Of a stretch of DNA of 64,000 nt, positions 9,558-19,408 are shown in pieces. The stretch is from positions 4,633 to 68,632 of the forward strand of contig CACIIL010000002.1 in the NCBI GenBank assembly GCA_902586695.1, read 5' to 3'. A program made the translations under genes and the position numbers. The stretch's first letter is position 1. The number at the start of each line of letters is the position of its first letter. Source of the DNA: an uncultured Alphaproteobacteria bacterium (GTDB lineage Bacteria; Pseudomonadota; Alphaproteobacteria; HIMB59; GCA-002718135). The notes under the pieces were generated by a model that saw only the letters and a list, made by a program, of their open reading frames with translations, did not search any database and was not told the origin of the DNA.

Positions 9558-10689
9558 AATATTTCTTTGAGGCAAATATAATAGGCAAGACAAATAAAAA
9601 TATAATTAACATAGGAAAAAATATTGAGTTGACTCCATAATTATTTGCAACTATGCCTAACGTTGCTGGAGCACCCATAAATGTTCCATAAACAGCTATG
9701 GATACTATTGCTATAGCGGCCCCACTATCTATACCTTCAACTTTACCAGCTAAACTATAAGCAATAGGTATAATTGCCGAACTTCCAATTCCAAGTAAAG
9801 CAAATCCAAATATTGCTGTTATTACACCATCATAGGTAAATAATATGTAGAGACTTATTATTGAAGTTAAAAAGAGAATAGTTAATAGATTGTATACTCC
9901 AATCTTATCCCTAATCCAATCTCCACTTAATCTTCCTATAACCATAAAAATATTAAAACTAACTGTTGCTAAGCCGATAAGAAAACCATCAACTTTAATA
10001 TAATCTCTCATATATAGTGCTCCCCATGAATCAACACTGCCCTCTGTTAAAGCATTTACCATGGATATTAATGCTAAAACAAAAATTATTAATGGCCATA
10101 TAAAAAAAATACTATGTTTGTTGCTTCTATTTTCTATTTTATCTGACTCAAGTCTCAAAACTATAAAAATATTTATAGGTAATAGTATTATTACATAAAC
10201 TAAAATATTATTTAAAAGACTTATATTCCATTCTAAAAATAAGCTAGTTACTATTGAACCTAATAGAACTCCTAAGCTCCAAAAAGCATGGAAGCCAGAC
10301 ATCATTGATTTTTTTTCTCTTTTTTCAAGATTAGAAGCATATAAATTACAGCTAATTTCAAAACTTCCAAAACAAAGGCCAAACATAAATGAAATAATCA
10401 TAAATATTTGCAATGAAGGAATAAATGGTGTTGGCAACCAAAGCAAATTTTGTAAAATACTTGTATAGAAAAGAATTGTTCTACAAGAACTCATCTTAAT
10501 AAATTTATTAGCAAAAATCATTGCAATTATAGAGCCAATTGCAAATGTTGCCATTACTAAACCAATACCAAAGTAATCAGTGTTAATTTGATCTTTAATT
10601 GTAGGGATTCTAATAGTCCAAAGACCTACAAAAAAAGCCATGATAAAAAATAATAACCTTGTAGCCAATATATCATTAATAATTTTCAT
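9550..10689 (-). CDS. MFS transporter
   Basis: About 12 hydrophobic segments, RIPTIK, MSGFHAFWSLG, EG...W..LY, M..GRL.GD. Confidence 0.88.
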   Translation of the reverse strand: MKIINDILATRLLFFIMAFFVGLWTIRIPTIKDQINTDYFGIGLVMATFAIGSIIAMIFANKFIKMSSCRTILFYTSILQNLLWLPTPFIPSLQIFMIISFMFGLCFGSFEISCNLYASNLEKREKKSMMSGFHAFWSLGVLLGSIVTSLFLEWNISLLNNILVYVIILLPINIFIVLRLESDKIENRSNKHSIFFIWPLIIFVLALISMVNALTEGSVDSWGALYMRDYIKVDGFLIGLATVSFNIFMVIGRLSGDWIRDKIGVYNLLTILFLTSIISLYILFTYDGVITAIFGFALLGIGSSAIIPIAYSLAGKVEGIDSGAAIAIVSIAVYGTFMGAPATLGIVANNYGVNSIFFPMLIIFLFVLPIIFASKKYFK

Positions 10690-10704
10690 AATTTAAAATT
10701 TTAT

Positions 10705-12084
10705 TTAATGAAAATACTTTTGATAAAATTGATTTAGATCTTTAGATGAGACTCTTTCCTGTTTCATTGAGTCACGATCTCGAATTGTAACTGAATCATC
10801 ATCAAGTGTTTCAAAATCAACGGTAATACAAATTGGTGTTCCAATTTCATCGTGACGTCTATAATTTTTTCCAATGTTACCTGAATTCTCTAACATCACT
10901 CTTCCCAATCCAAGATTTTGCAATTCATTTTTAATTTTTTTTGCTTTAGCAACAATATGTTCATTATTTTTTTTCAAAGGTATAACTGCTGCTTTAATTG
11001 GAGAAAGATGTGGTTTTAATTTAAGGACTGTTCGCGAGCTTTCATTCTCTAGATTTTCTATTGTATAAGCCTCATTAAGAATAGCAAGTAATCCTCTGTC
11101 TACTCCAGCAGAAGGTTCTATTACAAAAGGGATATAAGAGTTTTTGTCTTCTAAGTTTTGAACACCTAATTTAGTTGTCGAATGTTCGTTTTTTTTGACT
11201 TTTGAATTAATATTAAATTCTTTTTGATTTTTAGTGTGTGAACCTAAATCAAAATCAGTTCTATTGGCTATTCCTTCAAGCTCTTCTTTTCCGTGAGGAA
11301 ATTTATACATAATATCTACAGTTGCTTTTGAATAATGCGATAACTCACTTTTTTCTACATCAACAGGATATAAATTTTTTTTACTTACTCCTTGAGCTTC
11401 CCACCATTCAATTCTTTTATCGACCCAATATTTATGCCATTCGTCATCAGAACCTGGTTTGACAAAAAATTCTAATTCCATTTGTTCAAACTCTCTCACT
11501 CTAAAAATGAAATTTCTTGGGGTAATTTCATTTCTGAATGCTTTTCCTATTTGTGCAATACCAAATGGCACAACCCTACTGGTTGCGTCAGTAACATTTT
11601 TAAAATTTGTAAAAATTTGCTGGCAAGTCTCAGGTCTTAAATAAGCAAAAGAAGATCCATCATCAACAGGCCCAATTGCTGTTTTAAACATCAAATTAAA
11701 AGGTCTAGGTTCTGTTAAATCTTTTAACTTGCAGTCAGCCAAAAAACCTCCTCCTTTAGGACATTCACTATTTTCTAACTGATCAGCCCTAAATCTAGCT
11801 TTACACGTCTTGCAGTCAACCAATGGATCAGAAAATGTATCTTCATGACCAGACTGTTGCAATACTACTGGAGCACTTAGTATAGATGCATCTAGGCCCT
11901 CAATATCATCTCTTTCATAAACCATTGATTTCCACCAAGCCTGCTTTAAATTGTTTTTTAGTTCAACACCCATAGGTCCATAATCATATAGACCTTTGAC
12001 TCCGCCATAAATGTCATTAGATTGAAATATAAAACCTCTTCTTTTACATAAAGAAACCAATTCTTCCATTGAAGTTGCAGTCAT
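10705..12084 (-). CDS. glyQS: Glycine--tRNA ligase, homodimeric alpha2 (archaeal/eukaryotic-like) type
   Basis: [77 protein letters not shown]. Confidence 0.96.
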   Translation of the reverse strand: MTATSMEELVSLCKRRGFIFQSNDIYGGVKGLYDYGPMGVELKNNLKQAWWKSMVYERDDIEGLDASILSAPVVLQQSGHEDTFSDPLVDCKTCKARFRADQLENSECPKGGGFLADCKLKDLTEPRPFNLMFKTAIGPVDDGSSFAYLRPETCQQIFTNFKNVTDATSRVVPFGIAQIGKAFRNEITPRNFIFRVREFEQMELEFFVKPGSDDEWHKYWVDKRIEWWEAQGVSKKNLYPVDVEKSELSHYSKATVDIMYKFPHGKEELEGIANRTDFDLGSHTKNQKEFNINSKVKKNEHSTTKLGVQNLEDKNSYIPFVIEPSAGVDRGLLAILNEAYTIENLENESSRTVLKLKPHLSPIKAAVIPLKKNNEHIVAKAKKIKNELQNLGLGRVMLENSGNIGKNYRRHDEIGTPICITVDFETLDDDSVTIRDRDSMKQERVSSKDLNQFYQKYFH

Positions 12085-12237
12085 TTATTCCTTTGGTTTA
12101 TATTCTTTAGTTTTTGGATCTTTCTCTAAATCTATTGTTGTTTCATTTTTATTTTTTTTAATATGACTTCTTACTGAAATCATTTTGAAAATTAAAAAAA
12201 TAAAAAATATTAATCCAATTAAAACAATAATTTTCAT
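12085..12237 (-). CDS. Small single-pass membrane protein, 50 aa (not in the ORF track)
   Basis: Hand translation MKIIVLIGLIFFIFLIFKMISVRSHIKKNKNETTIDLEKDPKTKEYKPKE; the ATG overlaps the upstream stop and the TAA abuts the glyQS ATG. Confidence 0.75.
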   Translation of the reverse strand: MKIIVLIGLIFFIFLIFKMISVRSHIKKNKNETTIDLEKDPKTKEYKPKE

Positions 12238-13061
12238 TATAATCCATATCTCGACCACATTATCATTTCTTCAAGCCTATTAAGTATATCATTACTATTT
12301 ATAGAAGAAGAAAGCCGTTTTTGTAAAAAAGATTTTTTCTGATCAATAATCTTGATTTTAACTTTTTTACCAAATTTTTCCATAAGTACTGAATTTATTG
12401 ATCCTATACCATCAGCTAAACCCAACTCGACACCTTTTTTTCCTACCCAAAATAACCCAGAAAATATTTCACTCTCTTCAGAATGAGATATTTTTTTACC
12501 TCTTCTTTTCATAACATATTCAATAAAATTCTCATGAATTTGTTCTTGAATATTTTTTAGCCTATCAATATCTTCTTTTTTTTCTTCTTTAAATGGGTCT
12601 AGGAAACTTTTGCTTTTACCAGATGTATAAACCCTTCTTTCAATTCCTATTTTTTTAATTAAATCAACAAATCCAAATCCAGGTGAAATTACTCCTATAG
12701 AACCAACAATAGAATTTAGATCCAAATAAATCTCATCAGCAGCACAAGCTAGCCAATATCCTCCAGACGCTGCTACATCTTCAACAAAAGCATAGACTTT
12801 TTTATTTTTTTCCTTAGCCAGATTTATTATCTTTTCTGCAATTAAAGAAGATTGTGTTGGAGAGCCACCAGGAGAATTAATAATTAAAGCAACAGCTGGT
12901 GCCTTTTTATCTGCAAATAGTTTATCAACTAATTTTTCAATACCTGAAATTGTAAGTCCAGATCTAGCTATTCCAGCTTGTCCAATAACTCCCGATAATC
13001 GCAAAGTTGGAATATTTATATTTTTTGAGAAAAACTTCTTAAACACAGTGTTTAATAACAA
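12237..13061 (-). CDS. S49 family peptidase (SppA/SohB-like)
   Basis: INSPGGSP, DVAASGGYW, VGSIGV, IFSG..W.G..G.ELGLADG. Confidence 0.93.
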   Translation of the reverse strand: MLLNTVFKKFFSKNINIPTLRLSGVIGQAGIARSGLTISGIEKLVDKLFADKKAPAVALIINSPGGSPTQSSLIAEKIINLAKEKNKKVYAFVEDVAASGGYWLACAADEIYLDLNSIVGSIGVISPGFGFVDLIKKIGIERRVYTSGKSKSFLDPFKEEKKEDIDRLKNIQEQIHENFIEYVMKRRGKKISHSEESEIFSGLFWVGKKGVELGLADGIGSINSVLMEKFGKKVKIKIIDQKKSFLQKRLSSSINSNDILNRLEEMIMWSRYGL

Positions 13062-13176
13062 ATGTTAATCTTTACTTAAAGAACAAATTGTATTCAAATA
13101 ATTGAATTTTATATAAAAAAGTTTATCAAGACCAAATTAATCTATTAATTATATAAAATCATACTATATTTGAATT

Positions 13177-14205
13177 ATGGCAGAAGTGATTCCAATTCTT
13201 AAACAAAAAGCTGATTTTGATGAGTGTATTAAAAAACTATCTGAATTGTGTAAAGGAGATCTGCATTCAATTAATACATTGATCCTTGAGAAATTAGATA
13301 GTTCTGTTCCATTAATTCAAGAAATTGGCAAATATTTAATTTTATCTGGTGGAAAAAGACTTAGACCACTTCTAACTACTTCATGCTTCCATTTATTAAA
13401 TAACGACTCTACTGATACTTTTAATCATATTGGTTTAGCTGCAGCTGTTGAATTTATACATGCAGCAACCCTCCTTCATGATGATGTTGTAGATTTGAGC
13501 AAAGATAGAAGAGGTAAACTTACTGCAAACGAGGTTTGGGGTAATAAAACTAGTGTTTTAGTTGGAGATTTTCTTTTTAGCAGATCTTTTCAATTAATGA
13601 CAAAATATGGCAACTTAACAACACTCAAAATCTTATCCGATACCAGTGTAATTATTTCTGAAGGTGAAGTATTGGAAATAAGTAATGATAATAATCTAGA
13701 AATGAATGAAGATACATACTTTAAAATAATAAATGGCAAAACTGCTTCACTGTTTAGTGCAGCATGTCAGGTAGGTGGATTAATTGGAGGTGCAAAAATA
13801 AATCAACACCAGGCTCTAAAATCATTTGGTACAAATTTTGGGATGGCTTTTCAATTAATTGATGATGCAATAGATTATTCTTCAAACTCAAAATTGATGG
13901 GAAAAAATTTAGGTGATGATTTTAAAGAAGGTAAAATAACTTTACCAATTATTTTAGCATACGGAAGATCTAATGATGAAGAAAAGCAATTTTGGAAAAA
14001 AGTAATTACAAAAACAAATAAAGAAGAAGAAAATTTTAATAAAGCTAGAGAATTATTGTTCAAATACAATTGCATTGAAGATACCTTAGTTAGAGCTAAT
14101 CATTTTGCAGATGTCGCTATTGACTCATTAAGTATCTTTAAAAATAATGAATATAAAAGTGCTTTAATAAAGTTAATTGAAGAAAGTATAAAAAGATTAT
14201 ATTAG
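13177..14205 (+). CDS. ispB: Polyprenyl (octa/decaprenyl) diphosphate synthase
   Basis: GGKRLRP, LLHDDVVD..RRG, GKTA, FQLIDD, GK.LGDDFKEGK.TLP. Confidence 0.93.
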   Translation: MAEVIPILKQKADFDECIKKLSELCKGDLHSINTLILEKLDSSVPLIQEIGKYLILSGGKRLRPLLTTSCFHLLNNDSTDTFNHIGLAAAVEFIHAATLLHDDVVDLSKDRRGKLTANEVWGNKTSVLVGDFLFSRSFQLMTKYGNLTTLKILSDTSVIISEGEVLEISNDNNLEMNEDTYFKIINGKTASLFSAACQVGGLIGGAKINQHQALKSFGTNFGMAFQLIDDAIDYSSNSKLMGKNLGDDFKEGKITLPIILAYGRSNDEEKQFWKKVITKTNKEEENFNKARELLFKYNCIEDTLVRANHFADVAIDSLSIFKNNEYKSALIKLIEESIKRLY

Positions 14206-14209
14206 ATTT

Positions 14210-14593
14210 CTAATATTTTTCATAAGATTTAACTTCTACAATTTGAGATCCAAATTTTTCATTTATATCTAGCTTTATTTTAGATCTCTCATCATTAGTA
14301 AAATATACAGAGCGAGCAAGATCTATAAAATTTTGATCAAAAATTTTATTTTTTTCACAGTCACGTATATCATCTTCTATGGCCCATAATTTAGAATTAA
14401 TTTCAATTAATAAATCTAGATATATTTGAATATCATCTCTTTTTATATGATCATCAAGAGTTTTATTGAGTAAATCAATTTCTTGAGTAACTAATTTATT
14501 TTTTTTAGCATCTTTTATATTATTTTTTTTTATATGAAGAATTGAAATCTTGTCTAATAATTCACCTAAAGAGACTGGGGTTTTAATAATCAT
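14210..14593 (-). CDS. DUF6165 family protein
   Basis: PVSLGELLDKISIL.IK, LW.IED.IR, ARSVY..ND.R..IK..IN, EVKSY. Confidence 0.8.
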   Translation of the reverse strand: MIIKTPVSLGELLDKISILHIKKNNIKDAKKNKLVTQEIDLLNKTLDDHIKRDDIQIYLDLLIEINSKLWAIEDDIRDCEKNKIFDQNFIDLARSVYFTNDERSKIKLDINEKFGSQIVEVKSYEKY

Positions 14594-14937
14594 TATTTTC
14601 TATTATAAATATCTTCAAATCGTTTAATATCAAGTTCATCCAGAGTTTCACCAAACCACATTTCAATTACTACTAACTTTTGATGGCCCAAATTTGACAA
14701 TCTATGCTTTGAGCCTTTTGGAATAAATATATTTTCATTTTCCTTTAAATTAAAAGTTTCGTTATCAATAATTACCTCAGCGATTCCTTCAGCAATTAGC
14801 CAATGTTCTGATCGGTGATCATGGCTCTGCAAAGATAACTTATCTCCTGGATTTACAATAATTTTTTTTAAGGTATGTTTTTTACCTTCATCTAGGATCT
14901 GATATGAGCCCCAGGGCTTATTAACGATAGTTTTCAT
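14593..14937 (-). CDS. Stand-alone cupin, mannose-6-phosphate isomerase type II C-terminal domain
   Basis: KPWGSY, LSLQSH.HRSEHW, HRL.N, DI.RFED.Y.R. Confidence 0.9.
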   Translation of the reverse strand: MKTIVNKPWGSYQILDEGKKHTLKKIIVNPGDKLSLQSHDHRSEHWLIAEGIAEVIIDNETFNLKENENIFIPKGSKHRLSNLGHQKLVVIEMWFGETLDELDIKRFEDIYNRK

Positions 14938-14975
14938 TATGAATGTGTAATATATATTATATAAATAAAATCAAA

Positions 14976-15623
14976 ATGATTAAAATAGCACCATCAATAC
15001 TAGCAGCTGATTTAATTAATATAAAAGAAGAAGTTCAATTAGTTGATAATAATGGAGCTGAATATATTCATATAGATGTAATGGATGGCCATTATGTTCC
15101 TAATATTACTTTTGGGCCAAATATAGTTAAATCTCTTCGAGGGGTTACAAAAAAAGTACTTGATGTGCACTTAATGATAAGTCCAGTTATAAATTATATT
15201 GATAGTTTTATTAAAGCAGGATCTGATATTATTAGTTTTCATCCAGAAGCAGATAAAGATTCAAACGAAATTATAAAAAAAATTAAATCAAATAATTGTA
15301 AAGCTGGCATAGCTATTCATCCAAATATTCAGGTCAAAGATATTATTCAATATGTAGGAGATGTAGATTTAGTTGTTGTTATGACTGTTATACCGGGATT
15401 TGGTGGTCAAGAATTTATGAAATCTGAAGTAAATAAAATTTTAGAACTTTGTGAAATCAAAAAAGAAAAAAAACTTAATTTTGAAATTGAAATTGATGGA
15501 GGTATTAATGATAAGACTGCTAAGATCTGTAAAGAAAACGGTGCTGACGTGTTAGTAGCTGGATCTTATATTTTCTCAAATAATAAAGATAATTATAAAA
15601 CATTAATTGACTCACTTAGATAA
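14976..15623 (+). CDS. rpe: Ribulose-phosphate 3-epimerase
   Basis: IAPSIL.AD, HIDVMDGHYVPNITFG, DVHLM, PGFGGQ, IDGGIN, VAGS. Confidence 0.97.
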   Translation: MIKIAPSILAADLINIKEEVQLVDNNGAEYIHIDVMDGHYVPNITFGPNIVKSLRGVTKKVLDVHLMISPVINYIDSFIKAGSDIISFHPEADKDSNEIIKKIKSNNCKAGIAIHPNIQVKDIIQYVGDVDLVVVMTVIPGFGGQEFMKSEVNKILELCEIKKEKKLNFEIEIDGGINDKTAKICKENGADVLVAGSYIFSNNKDNYKTLIDSLR

Positions 15624-16510
15624 TGGATTGGGATAAATTAAAATCATTTTATGAAATAGCTATTTCAAAAAGTATTTCAAAAGCTAGTGCAAAATTAAAT
15701 ATTAGTCAATCAGCTCTAAGCAGGCAAATTCAAGATTTAGAGTATGATTTAAAGACACCGTTATTCATTCGTCATCAAAAAGGTGTTAGATTAACTGAAC
15801 AAGGAGAGAATTTATTTCAAACTGTTAGTCAAATTAATTTATCTGTATCAAATTTTGAAAAAAAATTAATAGACAAAAAAACTAAACCAGTAGGCAAACT
15901 TAATATAAGTACGACTGTAGGATTTGGGTCTACTTGGCTTACACCAAGAATCAATAAATTTATACAACAGTACCCTGATATGGAAGTAAATATTATTATG
16001 TCTGATGAAGAAGTTGACTTATCTAAAAGAATTGCAGATGTAGCTGTTAGAGTAAAAAAACCTACTCAAGCAAATTTAATTTTTAAAAAATTTGTTAACT
16101 TTCATAATCATATTTATGGATCATCAGATTATTTAAAATCTACTGGAATTCCTAGAAATGTAAATGATCTAGATAAACACAACCTAATATGTTTTGGATC
16201 GGGATTGCCTTCACCTATCTCAAATATAGACTGGATTTTAAAATTAGGAAAAGAGGGAACTAAAAGAAAACCAAAATTTAGAGTTAATAGTATTTATGGG
16301 ATGTCTTTAGCTGTTGAAAAAGGTGCTGGTTTAGCATCTTTGCCTGATTATATGGTTGCTGATAAGCCTCACTTAGTTAGAGTTCTCCCTAATGTAGAAG
16401 GTCCTTCATATCAAACTTACTTTGTATATACTGAAGCATTTAAAAATGACAGAAGGCTAGAGGTTTTTAGAGATTTTTTATTTAATGAAGCAAAAGATTG
16501 GCATTATTAA
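15623..16510 (+). CDS. LysR family transcriptional regulator
   Basis: MDWDKLK.F, SISKAS.KLNISQSALSRQI..LE..L...LF.R HTH, followed by a substrate-binding domain. Confidence 0.95.
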   Translation: MDWDKLKSFYEIAISKSISKASAKLNISQSALSRQIQDLEYDLKTPLFIRHQKGVRLTEQGENLFQTVSQINLSVSNFEKKLIDKKTKPVGKLNISTTVGFGSTWLTPRINKFIQQYPDMEVNIIMSDEEVDLSKRIADVAVRVKKPTQANLIFKKFVNFHNHIYGSSDYLKSTGIPRNVNDLDKHNLICFGSGLPSPISNIDWILKLGKEGTKRKPKFRVNSIYGMSLAVEKGAGLASLPDYMVADKPHLVRVLPNVEGPSYQTYFVYTEAFKNDRRLEVFRDFLFNEAKDWHY

Positions 16511-16513
16511 TCT

Positions 16514-16541
16514 TTGACTTACTTAAAAGAATTTGTATAAA
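16514..16541 (+). promoter_or_regulatory. Putative sigma70 promoter for the small basic ORF
   Basis: TTGACT (16514-16519), 16-bp spacer, TATAAA (16536-16541). Confidence 0.55.
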
Positions 16542-16552
16542 CCTCATTAATA

Positions 16553-16636
16553 ATGGGATATCCAAAAAAACATCGCGGTCGTCGTAAAAGAGGATCTAAA
16601 TACAGACGTAATAAAAGGCGTCAAAAGAAGAAATAA
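16553..16636 (+). CDS. 27-aa Arg/Lys-rich small protein (not in the ORF track)
   Basis: Hand translation MGYPKKHRGRRKRGSKYRRNKRRQKKK; local GC rise with CGT/CGC Arg codons; upstream promoter. Confidence 0.7.
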   Translation: MGYPKKHRGRRKRGSKYRRNKRRQKKK

Positions 16637-16692
16637 CTACCTTTAATCTTTTACTTTTCTAATCTATGATAGTCTCCAAACTAGGAGATAAT

Positions 16693-17088
16693 ATGACGAT
16701 TTTTAACCCTATTGAAGAAAGCAAAGCTAAAGGAAAAGTAAAAAAAGTTTTTGATAACATCAAAAAAGAAAGACAAATAAAAAAAATTCCTAATTTCTGG
16801 AAAACTATAGCAAATGATCCAGACACACTTGAAAGAACATGGAATTCTCTAAAAGATATAATGAAAAAAGGTGCTTTAGACCCTCTAGTTAAAGAAATGA
16901 TTTACATGGCAGTATCTATGACAAATAGCTGTGAATATTGCATACGATCACATACTGCAGCGGCAAAGAAAAAAGGAATGTCAGATAAAATGCTAAAAGA
17001 GCTGATTGCAGTTGTAGGTATGGCAAATGAGACTAATCGGCTTGTGGAATCTTATCAAGTTGAAGTTGATAGTTTTCTTAAGAAATGA
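16693..17088 (+). CDS. Carboxymuconolactone decarboxylase / AhpD-like protein
   Basis: GGAG RBS before the ATG at 16693; PNFW, GALD...KE.I..AVS..N.CEYC..SH. Confidence 0.88.
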   Translation: MTIFNPIEESKAKGKVKKVFDNIKKERQIKKIPNFWKTIANDPDTLERTWNSLKDIMKKGALDPLVKEMIYMAVSMTNSCEYCIRSHTAAAKKKGMSDKMLKELIAVVGMANETNRLVESYQVEVDSFLKK

Positions 17089-17132
17089 TTATAATTCTTT
17101 AAATTATGTCAATTGATCATATATAAATAATT

Positions 17133-18137
17133 ATGTTTAAATTTTTCAGTAATACTAAATGGGCAATTTGGGCTTGGCCAGGCTCTATACTGATTCTATC
17201 TTCAATTTGGTTTCAGGTTAAAATTGATGTTAGAATTAATGAATGGTTTGGTGAATTTTATGATCTAATACAAAAAGCTCTCTCTGCTCCAAATTCAATT
17301 ACTATATCTGAATATTGGGCAAGTTTACTTTCATTTATTACATTAGCTGGAATAGCAGTAGCAGTTGCTGTTGCGATAAGTTTTTTTACAAATCATTTTT
17401 TATTTAGATGGCGAACTGCAATGGTTGAATGGTATCATTCAGTATATGATAAAGCTAGGACAATAGAGGGTGCTTCACAAAGGGTTCAAGAAGATACAAT
17501 TAAATTTTCTAGAATTATGGAAAGTCTCGGTACAAGCTTTATAGCTTCTGTTTTAATTATTTTTGAGTTTACTCCTATACTTTTTGGATTAAGCGTTGGA
17601 ATTCCAATTTATTTTTTTGGTGATTGGCAATATGGTTTAATTACTGGAGCACTTATTTGGTCAATTGGTGGCACATTATTTTTAATATTTCTTGGATTAA
17701 TACTTAAACTTGTAGGTGTAGAATATGATTTACAAAAACAAGAAGCAGCATACAGAAAAATATTAGTAATAGCAGAAGATGATGGAACAGTTAGGCCAAA
17801 AAAACTAGAGGAATTATTTGATGATGTTAGAAAAATACATTTTTTAAGTTATCTAAGATATTTGTATTTTGGAATAGCTAGTAATGCCTATGGTCAAGCA
17901 AATGTTTTAAGTGCATATATATTTTTAGCCCCTGCTATAGTTGCAGGAGTGGTTACTTTAGGTGTTATGCAGCAAATTATTAGAGCTTTTGGAAGAGTTG
18001 AATCTTCACTGCAATATCTATTAAGAGCATGGCCTACTATTATTGAACTTCTAAGTGTTTACAAAAGGTTACGAGAGTTTGAAAAGATGATCGAGTCTAA
18101 AATTGAAAAAGAGAAACTAGAGTCTTCTTCTGAATGA
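17133..18137 (+). CDS. SbmA/BacA-like peptide transporter
   Basis: V.IN.W...FYDLIQKAL, FRWRTAM, IEGASQRVQEDT, EAAYRK.LV.AED, W.TI.EL.SVYKRLR.FE. Confidence 0.92.
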   Translation: MFKFFSNTKWAIWAWPGSILILSSIWFQVKIDVRINEWFGEFYDLIQKALSAPNSITISEYWASLLSFITLAGIAVAVAVAISFFTNHFLFRWRTAMVEWYHSVYDKARTIEGASQRVQEDTIKFSRIMESLGTSFIASVLIIFEFTPILFGLSVGIPIYFFGDWQYGLITGALIWSIGGTLFLIFLGLILKLVGVEYDLQKQEAAYRKILVIAEDDGTVRPKKLEELFDDVRKIHFLSYLRYLYFGIASNAYGQANVLSAYIFLAPAIVAGVVTLGVMQQIIRAFGRVESSLQYLLRAWPTIIELLSVYKRLREFEKMIESKIEKEKLESSSE

Positions 18138-18496
18138 TATTTTTACTATTTATCTTAATCCCCATAATTGAAATTAGCATCTTTATAACAGTTGGGTCTA
18201 ACATAGGCATTTTTAATACTATTGGGATAATTCTTTTGACAGCTTTGATTGGTATATTTTTAGTTCGCAAAAGAGGTTTAAGCTTATTATTTAATGCACG
18301 TCAAAGTATGTCAGAGGGTATAATGCCAACTAATGAAATAAAAGGGGGTATTTTTCTTCTTATTTCGGGACTGCTTTTGATAACACCTGGTTTTTTTACT
18401 GATTGTGTTGGTTTTGCTGTTTTCTTAAAACCTGTTCAAGATTTGATTGCTCTTAAAGCAAAAAATTATTTTGTCTCAAGAACTAGAAGGTACTAA
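18134..18496 (+). CDS. fxsA: FxsA family membrane protein
   Basis: PIIEI..FI.VG, LLITPGFFTD..G. Confidence 0.9.
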   Translation: MIFLLFILIPIIEISIFITVGSNIGIFNTIGIILLTALIGIFLVRKRGLSLLFNARQSMSEGIMPTNEIKGGIFLLISGLLLITPGFFTDCVGFAVFLKPVQDLIALKAKNYFVSRTRRY

Positions 18497-19408
18497 TTTG
18501 TCAATTTGACTAACAAGTTCTATTAAGGCGGTAACTTGCTTATTATTTGACGGGTTTTCTATATTAACTAAAGGTGGCATTAAATTATTCCATTCTGGTA
18601 AATTATCAGCAACTGAATAATATGCTTTTAATAAGCTTATTTGCTCATGTGTCCCAAGAACATTTCTGATTTTTTCTAAAAGCTCTTGAAGGTCTTTAAA
18701 ATTATCTATTGAATTTTCTTTCTTAAAATTATGAATTATAAAACTCAACAATTTTGCAGTTATGTTAGCATCTCCTGTAATAGCTCCAGCACCACCTCTT
18801 CTTGAAGTGTGCAAAGCTAATGCACCATTTCCACAAAAAACAGCAAATTCATTAAAAAATTTAATCGTTTTAAGCATATTCTCCAAATTACCTGTTGAGT
18901 CTTTAAGACCTACAACATTATTTGGATAAAGTTTTAAAAGCGCTTCTATGATATTGAAATTAATTGTAACTCCAGATTGCTGAGGAATGTTATATAACAA
19001 AAACTTAAAATCATTACTTCCTGTTTCTTCTATTACATGTCTATAGTAATTTATTACACCTTCATCAGTCACATTCTTAAAATAAAATGGAGGCATAAGC
19101 AATGCTGCTTTTGCACCTATTTTTTCTGAAAATTTTGTTGATTGAATTGCCTCTTCTAATGATGGGGCACCACAACCAGTAATTATTACTTTTGGATCAA
19201 CACGATTATCTAACAAAAATTGTATTGTATCTTCTTTTTGATCAATGGAAAAACTACTTGATTCACCGTTAGTACCAAAAAGTACTAAGCCATCTAAGCC
19301 CTTTTGCATTAATGACTGACAATGTCTTAAATATAAATCTTTATTAACTGAAAAATCATTTTTAATTGGTGTTATTGCCGCACCATAAACCCCGCTAATT
19401 TTATGCAT
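18476..19408 (-). CDS. Dihydrodipicolinate synthase (DapA-like) family class I aldolase
   Basis: GTNGE, PPFYFK, LYNIPQ, GLKDS Schiff-base lysine; substrate unknown. Confidence 0.85.
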   Translation of the reverse strand: MHKISGVYGAAITPIKNDFSVNKDLYLRHCQSLMQKGLDGLVLFGTNGESSSFSIDQKEDTIQFLLDNRVDPKVIITGCGAPSLEEAIQSTKFSEKIGAKAALLMPPFYFKNVTDEGVINYYRHVIEETGSNDFKFLLYNIPQQSGVTINFNIIEALLKLYPNNVVGLKDSTGNLENMLKTIKFFNEFAVFCGNGALALHTSRRGGAGAITGDANITAKLLSFIIHNFKKENSIDNFKDLQELLEKIRNVLGTHEQISLLKAYYSVADNLPEWNNLMPPLVNIENPSNNKQVTALIELVSQIDKLVPSSS

